The notes: generated from the letters alone by a model not told the origin. 64,000 nucleotides of DNA from Nitrospirota bacterium (GCA_963699545.1 CAVOUE010000005.1:64001-128000); one strand, 5' to 3'. Shown: positions 1 to 9,125, counted from the first letter of the stretch. Made by a program: numbers and translations.

Positions 1-912
1 AAGCCCCCGATAGAGGAAGAGCTATTGAGGGCGGCACCTTCAGCCGGGAAAGCGGAGCTGTCTCCTGAGGACGCCGACATCGTACTGCCGCTGCTTGGTG
101 CGATCGATACCTCGAAAACTTCGTTGCCGATCCTGACCGTTGTCATTGCCGGGATGGATGGCTTTAACCCCTGTGCATTCTTTGTCCTTTTCCTGCTTCT
201 CAGCATCCTCATCTACGCACGATCGAGAAAGATAATGCTCCTGATAGGGGGGACCTTTGTCTTCTTTTCGGGATTTATCTATTTTCTGTTTATGGCTGCA
301 TGGCTCAATCTTTTTCTTCTCTTTGGCCAGCTCAAGATCATCACGGTTGTTGCCGGCGCAACAGCTGTTCTTATTGCGCTCATAAATATAAAGGATTTCT
401 TCTTCTTCAAAACAGGGGTATCATTAACCATCCCTGAAGCGGCAAAGCCAAAACTCTTTGAGCGCACCAGGGGGTTGCTGAAGAAAAGTTCGCTCGCCTC
501 GATGATGTTCGGGACCGTCGTGCTTGCAATGGCTGCAAATTCGTATGAACTCCTCTGCACGGCAGGTTTTCCCATGGTCTACACAAGAGCCCTCACATTG
601 CATCACCTTCCAACGTTCCAGTATTACCTTTATCTCCTGTTCTACAACGTAGTTTATGTCATCCCGCTGGCCGCTATTGTGGTGACCGTCTCGATAACCC
701 TGGGAACAAAAAAAATGACCGAATGGCGCGGACAGGTCCTAAAGCTCGTCTCCGGTATCATGATGTTCTATCTCGGGCTTGTGCTGTTGGTCAGACCCTC
801 TCTCTTGAGCAACATCCTTATATCGGCTGGTCTGCTTGTCCTGTCTCTGGTTACCACAGGCATTATCGTATTGGCAACGAAACACATAAGGAAAGGGAAA
901 GCGGTTTCGTAA
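1..912 (+). CDS. Multi-pass membrane protein, cytochrome c biogenesis/DsbD-like transmembrane domain (5'-truncated by window edge)
   Basis: Frame open from base 1; DGFNPCAF and ELLCTAGFP Cys motifs in hydrophobic helices. Confidence 0.7.
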   Translation, partial: KPPIEEELLRAAPSAGKAELSPEDADIVLPLLGAIDTSKTSLPILTVVIAGMDGFNPCAFFVLFLLLSILIYARSRKIMLLIGGTFVFFSGFIYFLFMAAWLNLFLLFGQLKIITVVAGATAVLIALINIKDFFFFKTGVSLTIPEAAKPKLFERTRGLLKKSSLASMMFGTVVLAMAANSYELLCTAGFPMVYTRALTLHHLPTFQYYLYLLFYNVVYVIPLAAIVVTVSITLGTKKMTEWRGQVLKLVSGIMMFYLGLVLLVRPSLLSNILISAGLLVLSLVTTGIIVLATKHIRKGKAVS

Positions 913-1027
913 GGATTGCGTTCGCTCCGTTCACTTGCCGGGTTACCTTTTTCCGGATCCTCCGTCAGAGTGAAATTGACATTTTCTGCCTTGCTGGTAC
1001 ACTTTAAGCATAGCTAACAGGAGGTGA

Positions 1028-1546
1028 GTGATGAGAGCAATCTTGACAGGTGTTTTGACAGTCAGCATGGTCATCGGCTTTGCGTTTATTGCATACGGGA
1101 TCCATGAGACCGTTCCGGCTGAGTCGCAGGTTGCGGAGCCTGGGCCGGATGCCGCACAACTGAATGTATACATTATCAAGTCCAAGCCCTACACTTCGTG
1201 GCAATTGTGGCCGGGGAAGGGCAAGCTCTATCCCGGAAAGGAGCCCCATGGTTCCCTGCTCACCACCTATGTGAATGAAACTGCCTATTATTCTGTCAAA
1301 GGCAGGAAGGGAATGGCTGATGGCTCCATCATCGTGAAGGAGAATTACACTGCGGACAAGAAGTTGGCTGCCCTCACCGTGATGTATAAAATAAAAGGGT
1401 ATAATCCGGCCGGGGGCGACTGGTTCTGGGCAAAGTATGGACTGGACGGTAAGGCCGTTGCCTCGGGCAAAGTGGAGGCATGTCTGAAATGCCATGGCGA
1501 GAAGAAGGGGAATGATTTCATCCGGACAGGGGAAGTGAAGAAGTGA
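1028..1546 (+). CDS. Cytochrome P460 family protein
   Basis: Signal/anchor helix; GSIIVKENY, MYK..GYNP.GGDWFW; C-terminal CxxCH (CLKCH); AGGAGG RBS. Confidence 0.8.
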   Translation: MMRAILTGVLTVSMVIGFAFIAYGIHETVPAESQVAEPGPDAAQLNVYIIKSKPYTSWQLWPGKGKLYPGKEPHGSLLTTYVNETAYYSVKGRKGMADGSIIVKENYTADKKLAALTVMYKIKGYNPAGGDWFWAKYGLDGKAVASGKVEACLKCHGEKKGNDFIRTGEVKK

Positions 1547-2055
1547 TAAAGGCGCTGATCATCTCCGCAGACAACTTTGAGGACACAGAACTCCTTGTCC
1601 CCTACTACAGGTTCAAGGAAGAGGGGATAGGCGTGGATGTGGTCTCATTGAAACAGGGCACCATCAGGGGAAAGCACGGCTACGAGGTCGATATTGATAA
1701 GACGCTGAGGGAGGTGAACCCTGATGAGTATGACCTTCTGTTCTTTCCCGGGGGAAGGGCTCCTGAGAGCATTAGGAAGGAAAAGGAAGCCCTCGAGATC
1801 GCAAGGGCGTTCTTCAAGAAGAACAAGCCTGTGGCTGCTATCTGCCATGGCCCGCTGATATTGATCTCTGCGGGCCTCTTGAAGGGCAGGCATGCTACGT
1901 GCTATGGAAGTGTGGCCGCTGAGTTAAAGGAGGCGGGGGCTATCTATGAGGATAAGGAGGTCGTGGTAGACGGTAACCTTGTCACTTCAAGGCAGCCTGC
2001 TGACCTTCCTGCTTTTGTAAGGGAAGTATTGAAGATGGGTAGAAGGGGGAAGTGA
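1543..2055 (+). CDS. pfpI: PfpI/DJ-1 family (type 1 glutamine amidotransferase-like) protein
   Basis: FEDTE, PGG, AAICHGP, DGNLVTSR motifs. Confidence 0.9.
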   Translation: MIKALIISADNFEDTELLVPYYRFKEEGIGVDVVSLKQGTIRGKHGYEVDIDKTLREVNPDEYDLLFFPGGRAPESIRKEKEALEIARAFFKKNKPVAAICHGPLILISAGLLKGRHATCYGSVAAELKEAGAIYEDKEVVVDGNLVTSRQPADLPAFVREVLKMGRRGK

Positions 2056-2098
2056 TTTGAAGAGCGATGGTGAGGTAGTTTGGCGGTGTTGATAGATA

Positions 2099-2128
2099 AC
2101 TTTACATAATATTACAATCGACGGACAC
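2099..2128 (-). other. Degenerate dif-like (XerC/D) site, 8-bp spacer
   Basis: ACTTTACATAA-TATTACAA-TCGACGGACAC; 18-bp exact direct repeat (2098-2115) of 3853-3870. Confidence 0.7.
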
Positions 2129-2248
2129 TCCTCAATAACAGCAAAAATCAGCTTTTTCCGCGAATATCAATCAATTCTCTCTTCCTATCGCACTACAGCT
2201 CTTATTTCCTCTCGCTTACAGTTAAGGAGTACACCGACTGATCCGAGC

Positions 2249-2845
2249 TCAGCGTCCTGGCAGCCGCGCCCGCTCCGCTGCGGCTTCAGCAATGGGCAGC
2301 AAACCTTCCATCGCCGTGACGATCTCCTGAATGTCGAACGCCTCGCTTCTGAACCGGTAGGTCTTCGTAACCGGGTCATACCATCGCATGACATCATTCG
2401 GATCGATGCCGCCGAGTGCGCCAACGGGACCGATGTTGTCCTGTGCGAAATTGTGATGAGTGCTTGAGTCTCGCCAGTCATCAAGCCGCTCATCGAAGTG
2501 CTCAAGATGATCGCGGAGCCTGCGGCTCTTGAGCGGATACGAGTCAGCCGGCAAGTCCAAGAACTGTCGCAACTCACGAGCGCGTTCTGCCCGAGCCTTC
2601 GCCGCAGCCCCTTGTCCCTCTGACGGCCAAAGCAGCCTTGACACGTTGCTAGCGTGAGTCAGCAGACTGTGCAGGGCACGGAACACCTCGGAGTGCGCAA
2701 ACCGCCGCCGCGCCCGTTCCTCGACAGTTGCCGGAGGCTTTCCGAGGTCGGCGAGAGCCCGATTTAATTGCAAAGCCGCGGCGAGTCCGAAACGACACTG
2801 CGTCGCCACTTCACTGAGGTAGATGCTGGTCATGAACCCGTTCAC
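2249..2845 (-). CDS. Hypothetical protein with HEPN-like RxxxxH motif (putative RNase/defence toxin)
   Basis: 198-aa helical ORF; RDHLEH motif followed by FDERLD; visibly GC-rich relative to flanks. Confidence 0.6.
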   Translation of the reverse strand: MNGFMTSIYLSEVATQCRFGLAAALQLNRALADLGKPPATVEERARRRFAHSEVFRALHSLLTHASNVSRLLWPSEGQGAAAKARAERARELRQFLDLPADSYPLKSRRLRDHLEHFDERLDDWRDSSTHHNFAQDNIGPVGALGGIDPNDVMRWYDPVTKTYRFRSEAFDIQEIVTAMEGLLPIAEAAAERARLPGR

Positions 2846-2885
2846 TGTGACCCAGGTCGAATGGCTAACATTCTTGTCTATGGGT

Positions 2886-2915
2886 ATTCAACATTATTCT
2901 GAGATTATAGAAGGC
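2886..2915 (-). other. Possible degenerate Xer site, 8-bp spacer
   Basis: ATTCAACATTA-TTCTGAGA-TTATAGAAGGC; arms 7/11 and 6/11 identical to the 3854 site, same orientation. Confidence 0.35.
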
Positions 2916-3168
2916 GAGGAGTAATAGGGTCAAGAAAAATGAGCCACTCTCAGGACGCAACTGTCCTATTCAAGCTTTATGTCTTTCCCGCTCTTGGGAG
3001 TCCTCGACTACCAGCGGTAAGAGGTAAGGTCAGCGTGAAGCCTTCCAGACCCCGCATACAGCCCCACGTGCGCGGAATGAAGGTCTTTTGCGCACGTCCG
3101 AGGCTTCAGGCTTTCCAGCCTCAGTGCCTCGTTACTGTTGTCTATGTTACCACAGTTGGCAAAAGTTT

Positions 3169-3843
3169 TCATCGGTGGTCCCCACTTCTTTCTAGAACTG
3201 CGGCGGAGGGGGCAGGGGTAGTACCTCTGTATGGCTGGTAGGCACCACGAGGCCGAGCATGACTCACGTCATTTGCTCCGGCCTCCTTGGTGCGAGCCGC
3301 ACCCTGCGGGCTTTGCTTCTGCTCGAACTCGGTAATGTGACAATCCACGGGGAACAGCCTCTTTGTCTCATCCTTCTCGTATTTCCGGTCGTCAACTCGC
3401 AGATCGCAGGGTGACTCCATTCTGTTTAAGGAAGGGTGAGCTGAACCACACGGCTTTTCCAAGGTCGAATAGTAGACTCCATCCAAGAGGCCGTCAATTT
3501 CGTACCCTCGATTTTCCAGCTCCTCGACAATCTCTCGGTCACTTACCCGTAAACGCTTAAAGACCCGCAGACCCTTTGAGCGAAGATAGTCAGCCAGGCC
3601 GTGCTCACCAACACAGCACAATAGGCGGCTCATTTCGCTTTCAGCAGAGGGACGAACAGGGGGAGGGTATTTTTTATTGAGCACCCGGAGAATCATACCA
3701 ATAGCATGAGTACCGAGACCATGACCCTCTAAAGTCGTGCGGAAAGTGTTCCGAGAAACAGAGGCAAGAAGGGCGCCGTGGACGTAAATCTCATAGACTG
3801 CGGGTGATACCTCGGTTATGCTGTATTTGCGGTTCACACCCAA
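3169..3843 (-). CDS. Hypothetical protein (no family recognised)
   Basis: 224-aa ORF starting about 10 nt from the dif site; start and C-terminal extent uncertain. Confidence 0.35.
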   Translation of the reverse strand: MGVNRKYSITEVSPAVYEIYVHGALLASVSRNTFRTTLEGHGLGTHAIGMILRVLNKKYPPPVRPSAESEMSRLLCCVGEHGLADYLRSKGLRVFKRLRVSDREIVEELENRGYEIDGLLDGVYYSTLEKPCGSAHPSLNRMESPCDLRVDDRKYEKDETKRLFPVDCHITEFEQKQSPQGAARTKEAGANDVSHARPRGAYQPYRGTTPAPSAAVLERSGDHR

Positions 3844-3853
3844 ATGTTAGCAA

Positions 3854-3881
3854 ACTTTACATAATATTACTTATCGGACAT
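3854..3881 (-). other. dif: Chromosomal dif site (XerC/XerD)
   Basis: Minus strand ATGTCCGATAA-GTAATA-TTATGTAAAGT; 11-6-11 layout with canonical inner ATAA/TTAT palindrome and a XerD-type arm; intergenic. Confidence 0.8.
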
Positions 3882-4012
3882 ATGATATACACAGGGAATG
3901 TTAAGAAAATGTTACAAGTCGGCTCCGGAACTCTCCGGGCCCTATGTTGACAAAGGGTTGTACGTAAGTGAACAGGAATTAGGCAAAACAAGATATCTTC
4001 ATATACAAAGGC

Positions 4013-5254
4013 TTACACGTCCCCAATGGGACGCCCGATGAGTACATCGTCATCAACGCGAGCTATCCTTACAGGGACAATGCCCTTCGGGATGGGGTCG
4101 GCCACTGAGGCCTGCACCTTCAGGTAATTCCCCGCTGTTCCCACGACGGTATCATGAGAGAGTCTCTCTTCCACTAGAACATCAAGCGTTCTGCCGATTT
4201 GGCTCCGCATGTACCCCGTCTTCTTCCGCTTTCCAAGCGCCCTCAGGAAGCTGCATCTCTTCTTTACGGTAGCGGAATCAGCAGAACCCGGCATTGCAAA
4301 GGCCGCCGTCCCCCTCCGGGGAGAAAAAGGAAAAACATGTATATACGTCAAAGGCAAAGATTCCAGGAAGTTAAGGGTATTCTTGAATTCCAGTTCACCC
4401 TCACCCGGAAAACCGGCGATGATATCCGTTCCGATGGCTACGTCGGGAACTCGTTCAGCTATCTCTGTTACCGCATTGAAGAATGCTGCGGCCGTATAAT
4501 GCCTGTTCATAAGGTCAAGTATCCTGTCATCCCCGCTCTGGAGCGGTATGTGGAGGTGACCGCAGACCCTTTTCTCACTCATTAGGTCAAGGAGTTGCCC
4601 GTTGATCTCACGAATTTCGAGGGAACTGAGCCTCACCCTCATGATTCTCGTGTTTGTTAGGATAGTTGTAAGCAGGTCAGCAAGTTGTACTTTAGGAGTC
4701 AGATCATAACCATAGGTTCCTAAATGAATGCCAGTCAGAACAACTTCATTAAAAGTATCGGATATTGCGTTTATGTGCTCAACAACCCGTTCCACAGGAA
4801 TGCTCCTTGATCTCCCCCTTGCCTTTGGGATGATGCAGTAACTGCAGGTCGAATTGCAGCCGTCCTGTACTTTAAGAAAGAACCTGCTTTTTGAAGATGC
4901 ATTAAAACATAAAGTAGAAGATGACATATCTGAACCTAAGAGTCCTGCGATACTGCCTTTTTTATCTACGTCAACAACCTCCACTACTCCTTCCATGCCC
5001 TGTACAAGGGCCTTATTCAGCTCCGAATAGCATCCTGTCACTACGACCCTGCAACCGGCCCTGGCGGCCCGTCTGATGATTTGTCTTGATTGGTAGTCGC
5101 TTTTTGAAGTGACCGAGCAGGTGTTGATTACGCAATAGTCAGGTCTTTCTTCCAACCTCACAATGTCGCATCCCCTGGCACGAAGGCCTGTTTCAATGAT
5201 AAAGCTCTCTGACTGGTTCGCTTTACATCCCAGGGTCAGAACCGAGACCTTCAT
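4013..5254 (-). CDS. mtaB: tRNA t6A37 methylthiotransferase MtaB
   Basis: TLGCKANQ, NTCSVT, CxxxCxxC (CNSTCSYC), LTGIHLG. Confidence 0.9.
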   Translation of the reverse strand: MKVSVLTLGCKANQSESFIIETGLRARGCDIVRLEERPDYCVINTCSVTSKSDYQSRQIIRRAARAGCRVVVTGCYSELNKALVQGMEGVVEVVDVDKKGSIAGLLGSDMSSSTLCFNASSKSRFFLKVQDGCNSTCSYCIIPKARGRSRSIPVERVVEHINAISDTFNEVVLTGIHLGTYGYDLTPKVQLADLLTTILTNTRIMRVRLSSLEIREINGQLLDLMSEKRVCGHLHIPLQSGDDRILDLMNRHYTAAAFFNAVTEIAERVPDVAIGTDIIAGFPGEGELEFKNTLNFLESLPLTYIHVFPFSPRRGTAAFAMPGSADSATVKKRCSFLRALGKRKKTGYMRSQIGRTLDVLVEERLSHDTVVGTAGNYLKVQASVADPIPKGIVPVRIARVDDDVLIGRPIGDV

Positions 5255-6543
5255 ACAACCTCCCCATCCAGGGAGTGCTTTCTTGCCTTAACTATGCGTA
5301 CGGCAATTACATGATCAATGCAGGAATCTTCTCCTTTGAAATTCACGATCTTGTTCGACCTCGTCCTTCCCGTGAGCCTTCTCCTGTCGGTCTTACTGAA
5401 GCCTTCCACAAGTATTTCCTGAAGGGAGCCTTCGAGGGTCTTATTTATCATCAGAGTGATGCGGTCCTGAACTTCCAGTATTTCGGTTATTCTCTCCGAC
5501 TTCACTTCATCAGCCACCTGGCCCTCCATGGCAGCAGCCTTTGTTCCACCGCGCGGTGAATACTTGAACGCAAATAACCCGTCAAATTCCATGTGCTCCA
5601 ACGCCTCCATGGTCATTCTGTGATCCTCATCCGTCTCTCCGGGAAATCCGGTAATGATGTCGGTGGTTATGGAGATTCCGGGCACGGTGCTCCTCAGCCT
5701 CCTGACCTTTCTGAGGTACTCTTCGCTGGAATACCCGCGGTTCATCAGCCCTAGTATCCTGCTTGAGCCCGACTGGAGCGGCAGGTGCAGATGCTCACAG
5801 ACCTTGGGGAATCTTTGAACGGCCGATATCAGCCTTTCAGACAGATCCCTTGGGTGCGAGGTTACGAACCTGATCCGCTCTACCCCCTGGATGGCATCTA
5901 TTTTTTCAAGGAGTCCCGCAAAATCAAGGTCGCTTCTGTAGGAGTTGACGTTCTGGCCAAGGAGGGTTACCTCCTTGTAGCCCTGCCCGGCAAGCGCCCC
6001 TATCTCCACGAGGATTTTTTCTGACGGTCTGCTCCTCTCCCTCCCCCTTGTATATGGCACTATGCAGTAGCTGCAGAAATTGTTGCAGCCGTACATGATG
6101 GATACCCACGCCCTGCTCCCGGCCCCTCTTGCGACGGGAAGATCCTCGCCGGCTATGTCCGGATTATCACCGGTGGCAACTGAAACGGCATCGGCACTGA
6201 GCAATTTATTGAGAAGATGGATGTTCTGTGGTCCGAAAACAAAGTCAACATAGGGAGCCCTCCTGAATATCCTTTTGCCCTGCTGCTGTGCGATACACCC
6301 GGCAACCGCGATTCTGAGACGGGGGTTTTTCTTCTTCAGCTTCTGTAAGCGTCCCAGCTCGGTGAAAAATTTCTGTTCCGCCTTTTGACGTATGCTGCAG
6401 GTGTTAAAGATGACAAGGTCGGAATCCCCGGGACTGTCGGCAGGGCTGTATCCCTCACGGCAGAGAACACCCGACATCTTTTCGGAGTCGTGCACATTCA
6501 TCTGGCAGCCAAAGGTCTCGATAAAGAATCTTTTTCCTGACAT
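5251..6543 (-). CDS. miaB: tRNA i6A37 methylthiotransferase MiaB
   Basis: TFGCQMNVHDSE, NTCSIR, CNNFCSYC, TRAM C-terminus; start moved to MSGKRFF. Confidence 0.93.
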   Translation of the reverse strand: MSGKRFFIETFGCQMNVHDSEKMSGVLCREGYSPADSPGDSDLVIFNTCSIRQKAEQKFFTELGRLQKLKKKNPRLRIAVAGCIAQQQGKRIFRRAPYVDFVFGPQNIHLLNKLLSADAVSVATGDNPDIAGEDLPVARGAGSRAWVSIMYGCNNFCSYCIVPYTRGRERSRPSEKILVEIGALAGQGYKEVTLLGQNVNSYRSDLDFAGLLEKIDAIQGVERIRFVTSHPRDLSERLISAVQRFPKVCEHLHLPLQSGSSRILGLMNRGYSSEEYLRKVRRLRSTVPGISITTDIITGFPGETDEDHRMTMEALEHMEFDGLFAFKYSPRGGTKAAAMEGQVADEVKSERITEILEVQDRITLMINKTLEGSLQEILVEGFSKTDRRRLTGRTRSNKIVNFKGEDSCIDHVIAVRIVKARKHSLDGEVV

Positions 6544-6618
6544 CCTTAAAAATACCATTAATCTTTTTTGTGAAGCAAGCAGGGCGGGGAGAACTACGAC
6601 TCTTTTCATCCGTGGAAC

Positions 6619-6644
6619 AAAAAAGGCGCCTTGTGCCGGCGCCT
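6619..6644 (-). terminator. Intrinsic terminator after bactofilin gene
   Basis: AGGCGCC-7nt-GGCGCCT hairpin followed by T-run on minus strand. Confidence 0.65.
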
Positions 6645-6683
6645 CTGATCAGCGTTCACGATCCCGAAAAGAAATCCCGGCTG

Positions 6684-7064
6684 TTATCCTGCCTTTTCCT
6701 TCTTGGGAAGTTCCACTACATTGGAGGAGCCTTCTCTGTTCATGGAAGTGCGTCCCTCCAGGATACCCCCTTCTGACACCACGAGTTTTGGTGTAGTTAC
6801 ATCTCCAACAACCTGCCCTTTGGATTTAATCTCCAGAATTTCTTTTGCCGAGAGAGTACCCTCTATCCTCCCTCCCACGATAATGCCCCGGGCTGACACA
6901 TCGCCTTTGAGAGCCGCCTTTTCCCCAAGGACAAGCCAGTCCGCATCCACATTGCCTTCCACTGATCCGTCTATTCTGAGAGTTCCCCTGGATTTGATGT
7001 CTCCCTTGAATTGGCTGTTCACGCCGACAAAGGACTCGAGCTTTTCGGTGTTTTTTGAAAACAT
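6684..7064 (-). CDS. Bactofilin (polymer-forming cytoskeletal protein)
   Basis: Beta-helix repeats FKGDI..GTLRIDGSVEGNV...VVGDV. Confidence 0.88.
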   Translation of the reverse strand: MFSKNTEKLESFVGVNSQFKGDIKSRGTLRIDGSVEGNVDADWLVLGEKAALKGDVSARGIIVGGRIEGTLSAKEILEIKSKGQVVGDVTTPKLVVSEGGILEGRTSMNREGSSNVVELPKKEKAG

Positions 7065-7066
7065 GA

Positions 7067-7903
7067 TTACTTCCTCCCCTCGATGAACGGCATCGGATTA
7101 ATATGTTTACCATCCTTCCATATCTCATAATGGGAATGAGGTCCGGTGCTGCTTCCCGTTGTGCCGGAATAGGCGACGACCTCTCCCCTTTTCACATACT
7201 GGCCGACTTTTACGGAGTTGTGCTTGTTGTGCGCATAGAACGTGGAATAACCGAAGCCATGCTCCAGTGCCACGAGGTTGCCGCTTCCGCCACTCCACCC
7301 GGAAAAACTCACCACCCCGTCAGCGGTGGCCTTGACCACAGTTCCGGAACCGGTGGAGATATCTACGCCGGAGTGGAAATCATACCCTCCGCGAACAGGG
7401 TTCTCGCGCTTGCCATAGGGCGATGTAATATTCCCCTGCACCGGCCACCCCTTGGGGGTTGCCAGGTAAATGTCCTTCTGTTTCTTCAGGTACTCCCGGA
7501 TATCCGTTACCCGCTCCATGGTGTTCTTGATCTGGTCCTTCAACGCCTCCATATCAATGGAACCGCTGTCAGTGGTGCGGAGGTTCTCCAGCACCTTTTC
7601 CCTTGTCCCAAGGGAAAATAACCTCATGAACTCCGATTCAGACTTCTTCAGCGCATTCATTGTGGCGCTCAACTCCATAAACTGCCCGGAATAATAGTTC
7701 AGTTTTTCTTTCGTCTTACGATATTCAACGGTATTGACGGCCATTGATACAATATAGAGTGAGCCGATGAGCCAGAGGGCGACGGAAAGGACCACACCGA
7801 TGGAGGGAATCTTGAGGCTTAAATGCCTGGAACTGCTGTGGGGTATCAGCATAATAGTGATAGGAGTAAAAGCTTTTCGTAAGAACTTCCTGAACCTACT
7901 CAT
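7067..7903 (-). CDS. Membrane-anchored M23 family peptidase
   Basis: TM helix, coiled coil, HSGVD, YAH, STGPHSHYE. Confidence 0.9.
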   Translation of the reverse strand: MSRFRKFLRKAFTPITIMLIPHSSSRHLSLKIPSIGVVLSVALWLIGSLYIVSMAVNTVEYRKTKEKLNYYSGQFMELSATMNALKKSESEFMRLFSLGTREKVLENLRTTDSGSIDMEALKDQIKNTMERVTDIREYLKKQKDIYLATPKGWPVQGNITSPYGKRENPVRGGYDFHSGVDISTGSGTVVKATADGVVSFSGWSGGSGNLVALEHGFGYSTFYAHNKHNSVKVGQYVKRGEVVAYSGTTGSSTGPHSHYEIWKDGKHINPMPFIEGRK

Positions 7904-8936
7904 ACCTTACCTCCTTTCTACCGTGTACGACACTGCCTATTACACATGAATCAAAACCGCTCTCTTTTAAGAGAGAAAGCGAGATCTCAGCGTCCTTCTG
8001 AGGGACGACGATGATACAGCCGATCCCCATATTGAACGTTCCGGCCATGTCATCCGACGGAACGTTGCCCATTTCCCTGATGATCCGGAAGATGGGAGGA
8101 ACAGGCCAGGAACCTTTTTTCACTACTGCAGCGATCCCTTCCGGGAATATCCTCGGAAGATTCCCTGGAATCCCTCCGCCGGTGATATGGGCAATCCCTT
8201 TTACCCGCACCCTCTGTTTCAGCGCGCTGGTTGCCTTTGCATAAATCCGTGTGGGCTTCAGAAGTTCCTCACCGAGGGTCATCCCGATATCAGGGATATA
8301 GGAAGAGACGTCCATTCCGTTCACATCGAAGAAGACCTTTCTTGCCAGAGAATACCCATTGCTATGAAGGCCGGTGGAGAGAAGGCCGATAAGGCTGTCC
8401 CCCGTCTTTATTCCGGACCCGTCGATGATCGCCGATCTCTCAACAACTCCCACTGCGAACCCCGCCAGGTCATATTCGCCCTCCCGATAGAAGCCCGGCA
8501 TCTCAGCGGTCTCACCGCCGATAAGAGCGCACCCCGCCTCCGTGCAGCCATCCACTATCCCTTCGATCACCCCGGATGCCTTTTCCGGCGCAAGCTTTCC
8601 CGAGGCAAAATAGTCAAGGAAGAAGAGAGGTTCAGCACCGCTGGTGAGAATGTCGTTCACACACATGGCCACAAGGTCGATACCCACTGTATCGTGTCTG
8701 TCCATCATAAAGGCGATCTTCAGTTTCGTGCCGACCCCGTCGGTGCCGCTCACAAGCACGGGCTCCTTATATTTGGCAGTGTCCAGTTGAAAAAGGGCTC
8801 CGAAGGAACCGATGTCGGTAAGGACTTCGGGCCTGAAGGTCTTTCGAACGAGGGGCGAGATTAGTCTCACAAACCGCTCACCCTCCTCGATATCCACGCC
8901 AGCCCGTTTATAGGTGATTTCTTCCATTTGGTTCAT
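7896..8936 (-). CDS. purM: Phosphoribosylformylglycinamidine cyclo-ligase
   Basis: [31 protein letters not shown]. Confidence 0.95.
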   Translation of the reverse strand: MNQMEEITYKRAGVDIEEGERFVRLISPLVRKTFRPEVLTDIGSFGALFQLDTAKYKEPVLVSGTDGVGTKLKIAFMMDRHDTVGIDLVAMCVNDILTSGAEPLFFLDYFASGKLAPEKASGVIEGIVDGCTEAGCALIGGETAEMPGFYREGEYDLAGFAVGVVERSAIIDGSGIKTGDSLIGLLSTGLHSNGYSLARKVFFDVNGMDVSSYIPDIGMTLGEELLKPTRIYAKATSALKQRVRVKGIAHITGGGIPGNLPRIFPEGIAAVVKKGSWPVPPIFRIIREMGNVPSDDMAGTFNMGIGCIIVVPQKDAEISLSLLKESGFDSCVIGSVVHGRKEVRYE

Positions 8937-9125
8937 TCCCCTACCCCACAAAGAAATAAAGACCTGCCGGGCAGAGTACCTGCTTTATTTCAAGGAGGAT
9001 TACGGGATAGGGATATTGTGCATAAAGAGCGGTCAAAGTTCAAGGGTTTTTTGTCCGGTTCCGATTGCGTTGGGGAAACAAAAAATGTTAAACTGAAAAA
9101 ATTCAACGGAATCAAGGAGACTGCC

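Larger units (their letters stand above)
2099..3881. mobile_element. Putative Xer-integrated region (IMEX/dif-module-like) carrying two orphan ORFs
   Basis: Bounded by directly repeated dif-like sites; inserted between pfpI and mtaB; composition differs from flanks; no recombinase encoded. Confidence 0.55.

Noticed and set aside
2939-3241. 100-aa plus-strand ORF inside the dif region
   Set aside because: No motif, overlaps the minus-strand ORF, atypical composition
2099-3881. Prophage or tRNA-targeted genomic island att sites
   Set aside because: No integrase, phage gene or tRNA; the repeat matches dif architecture instead
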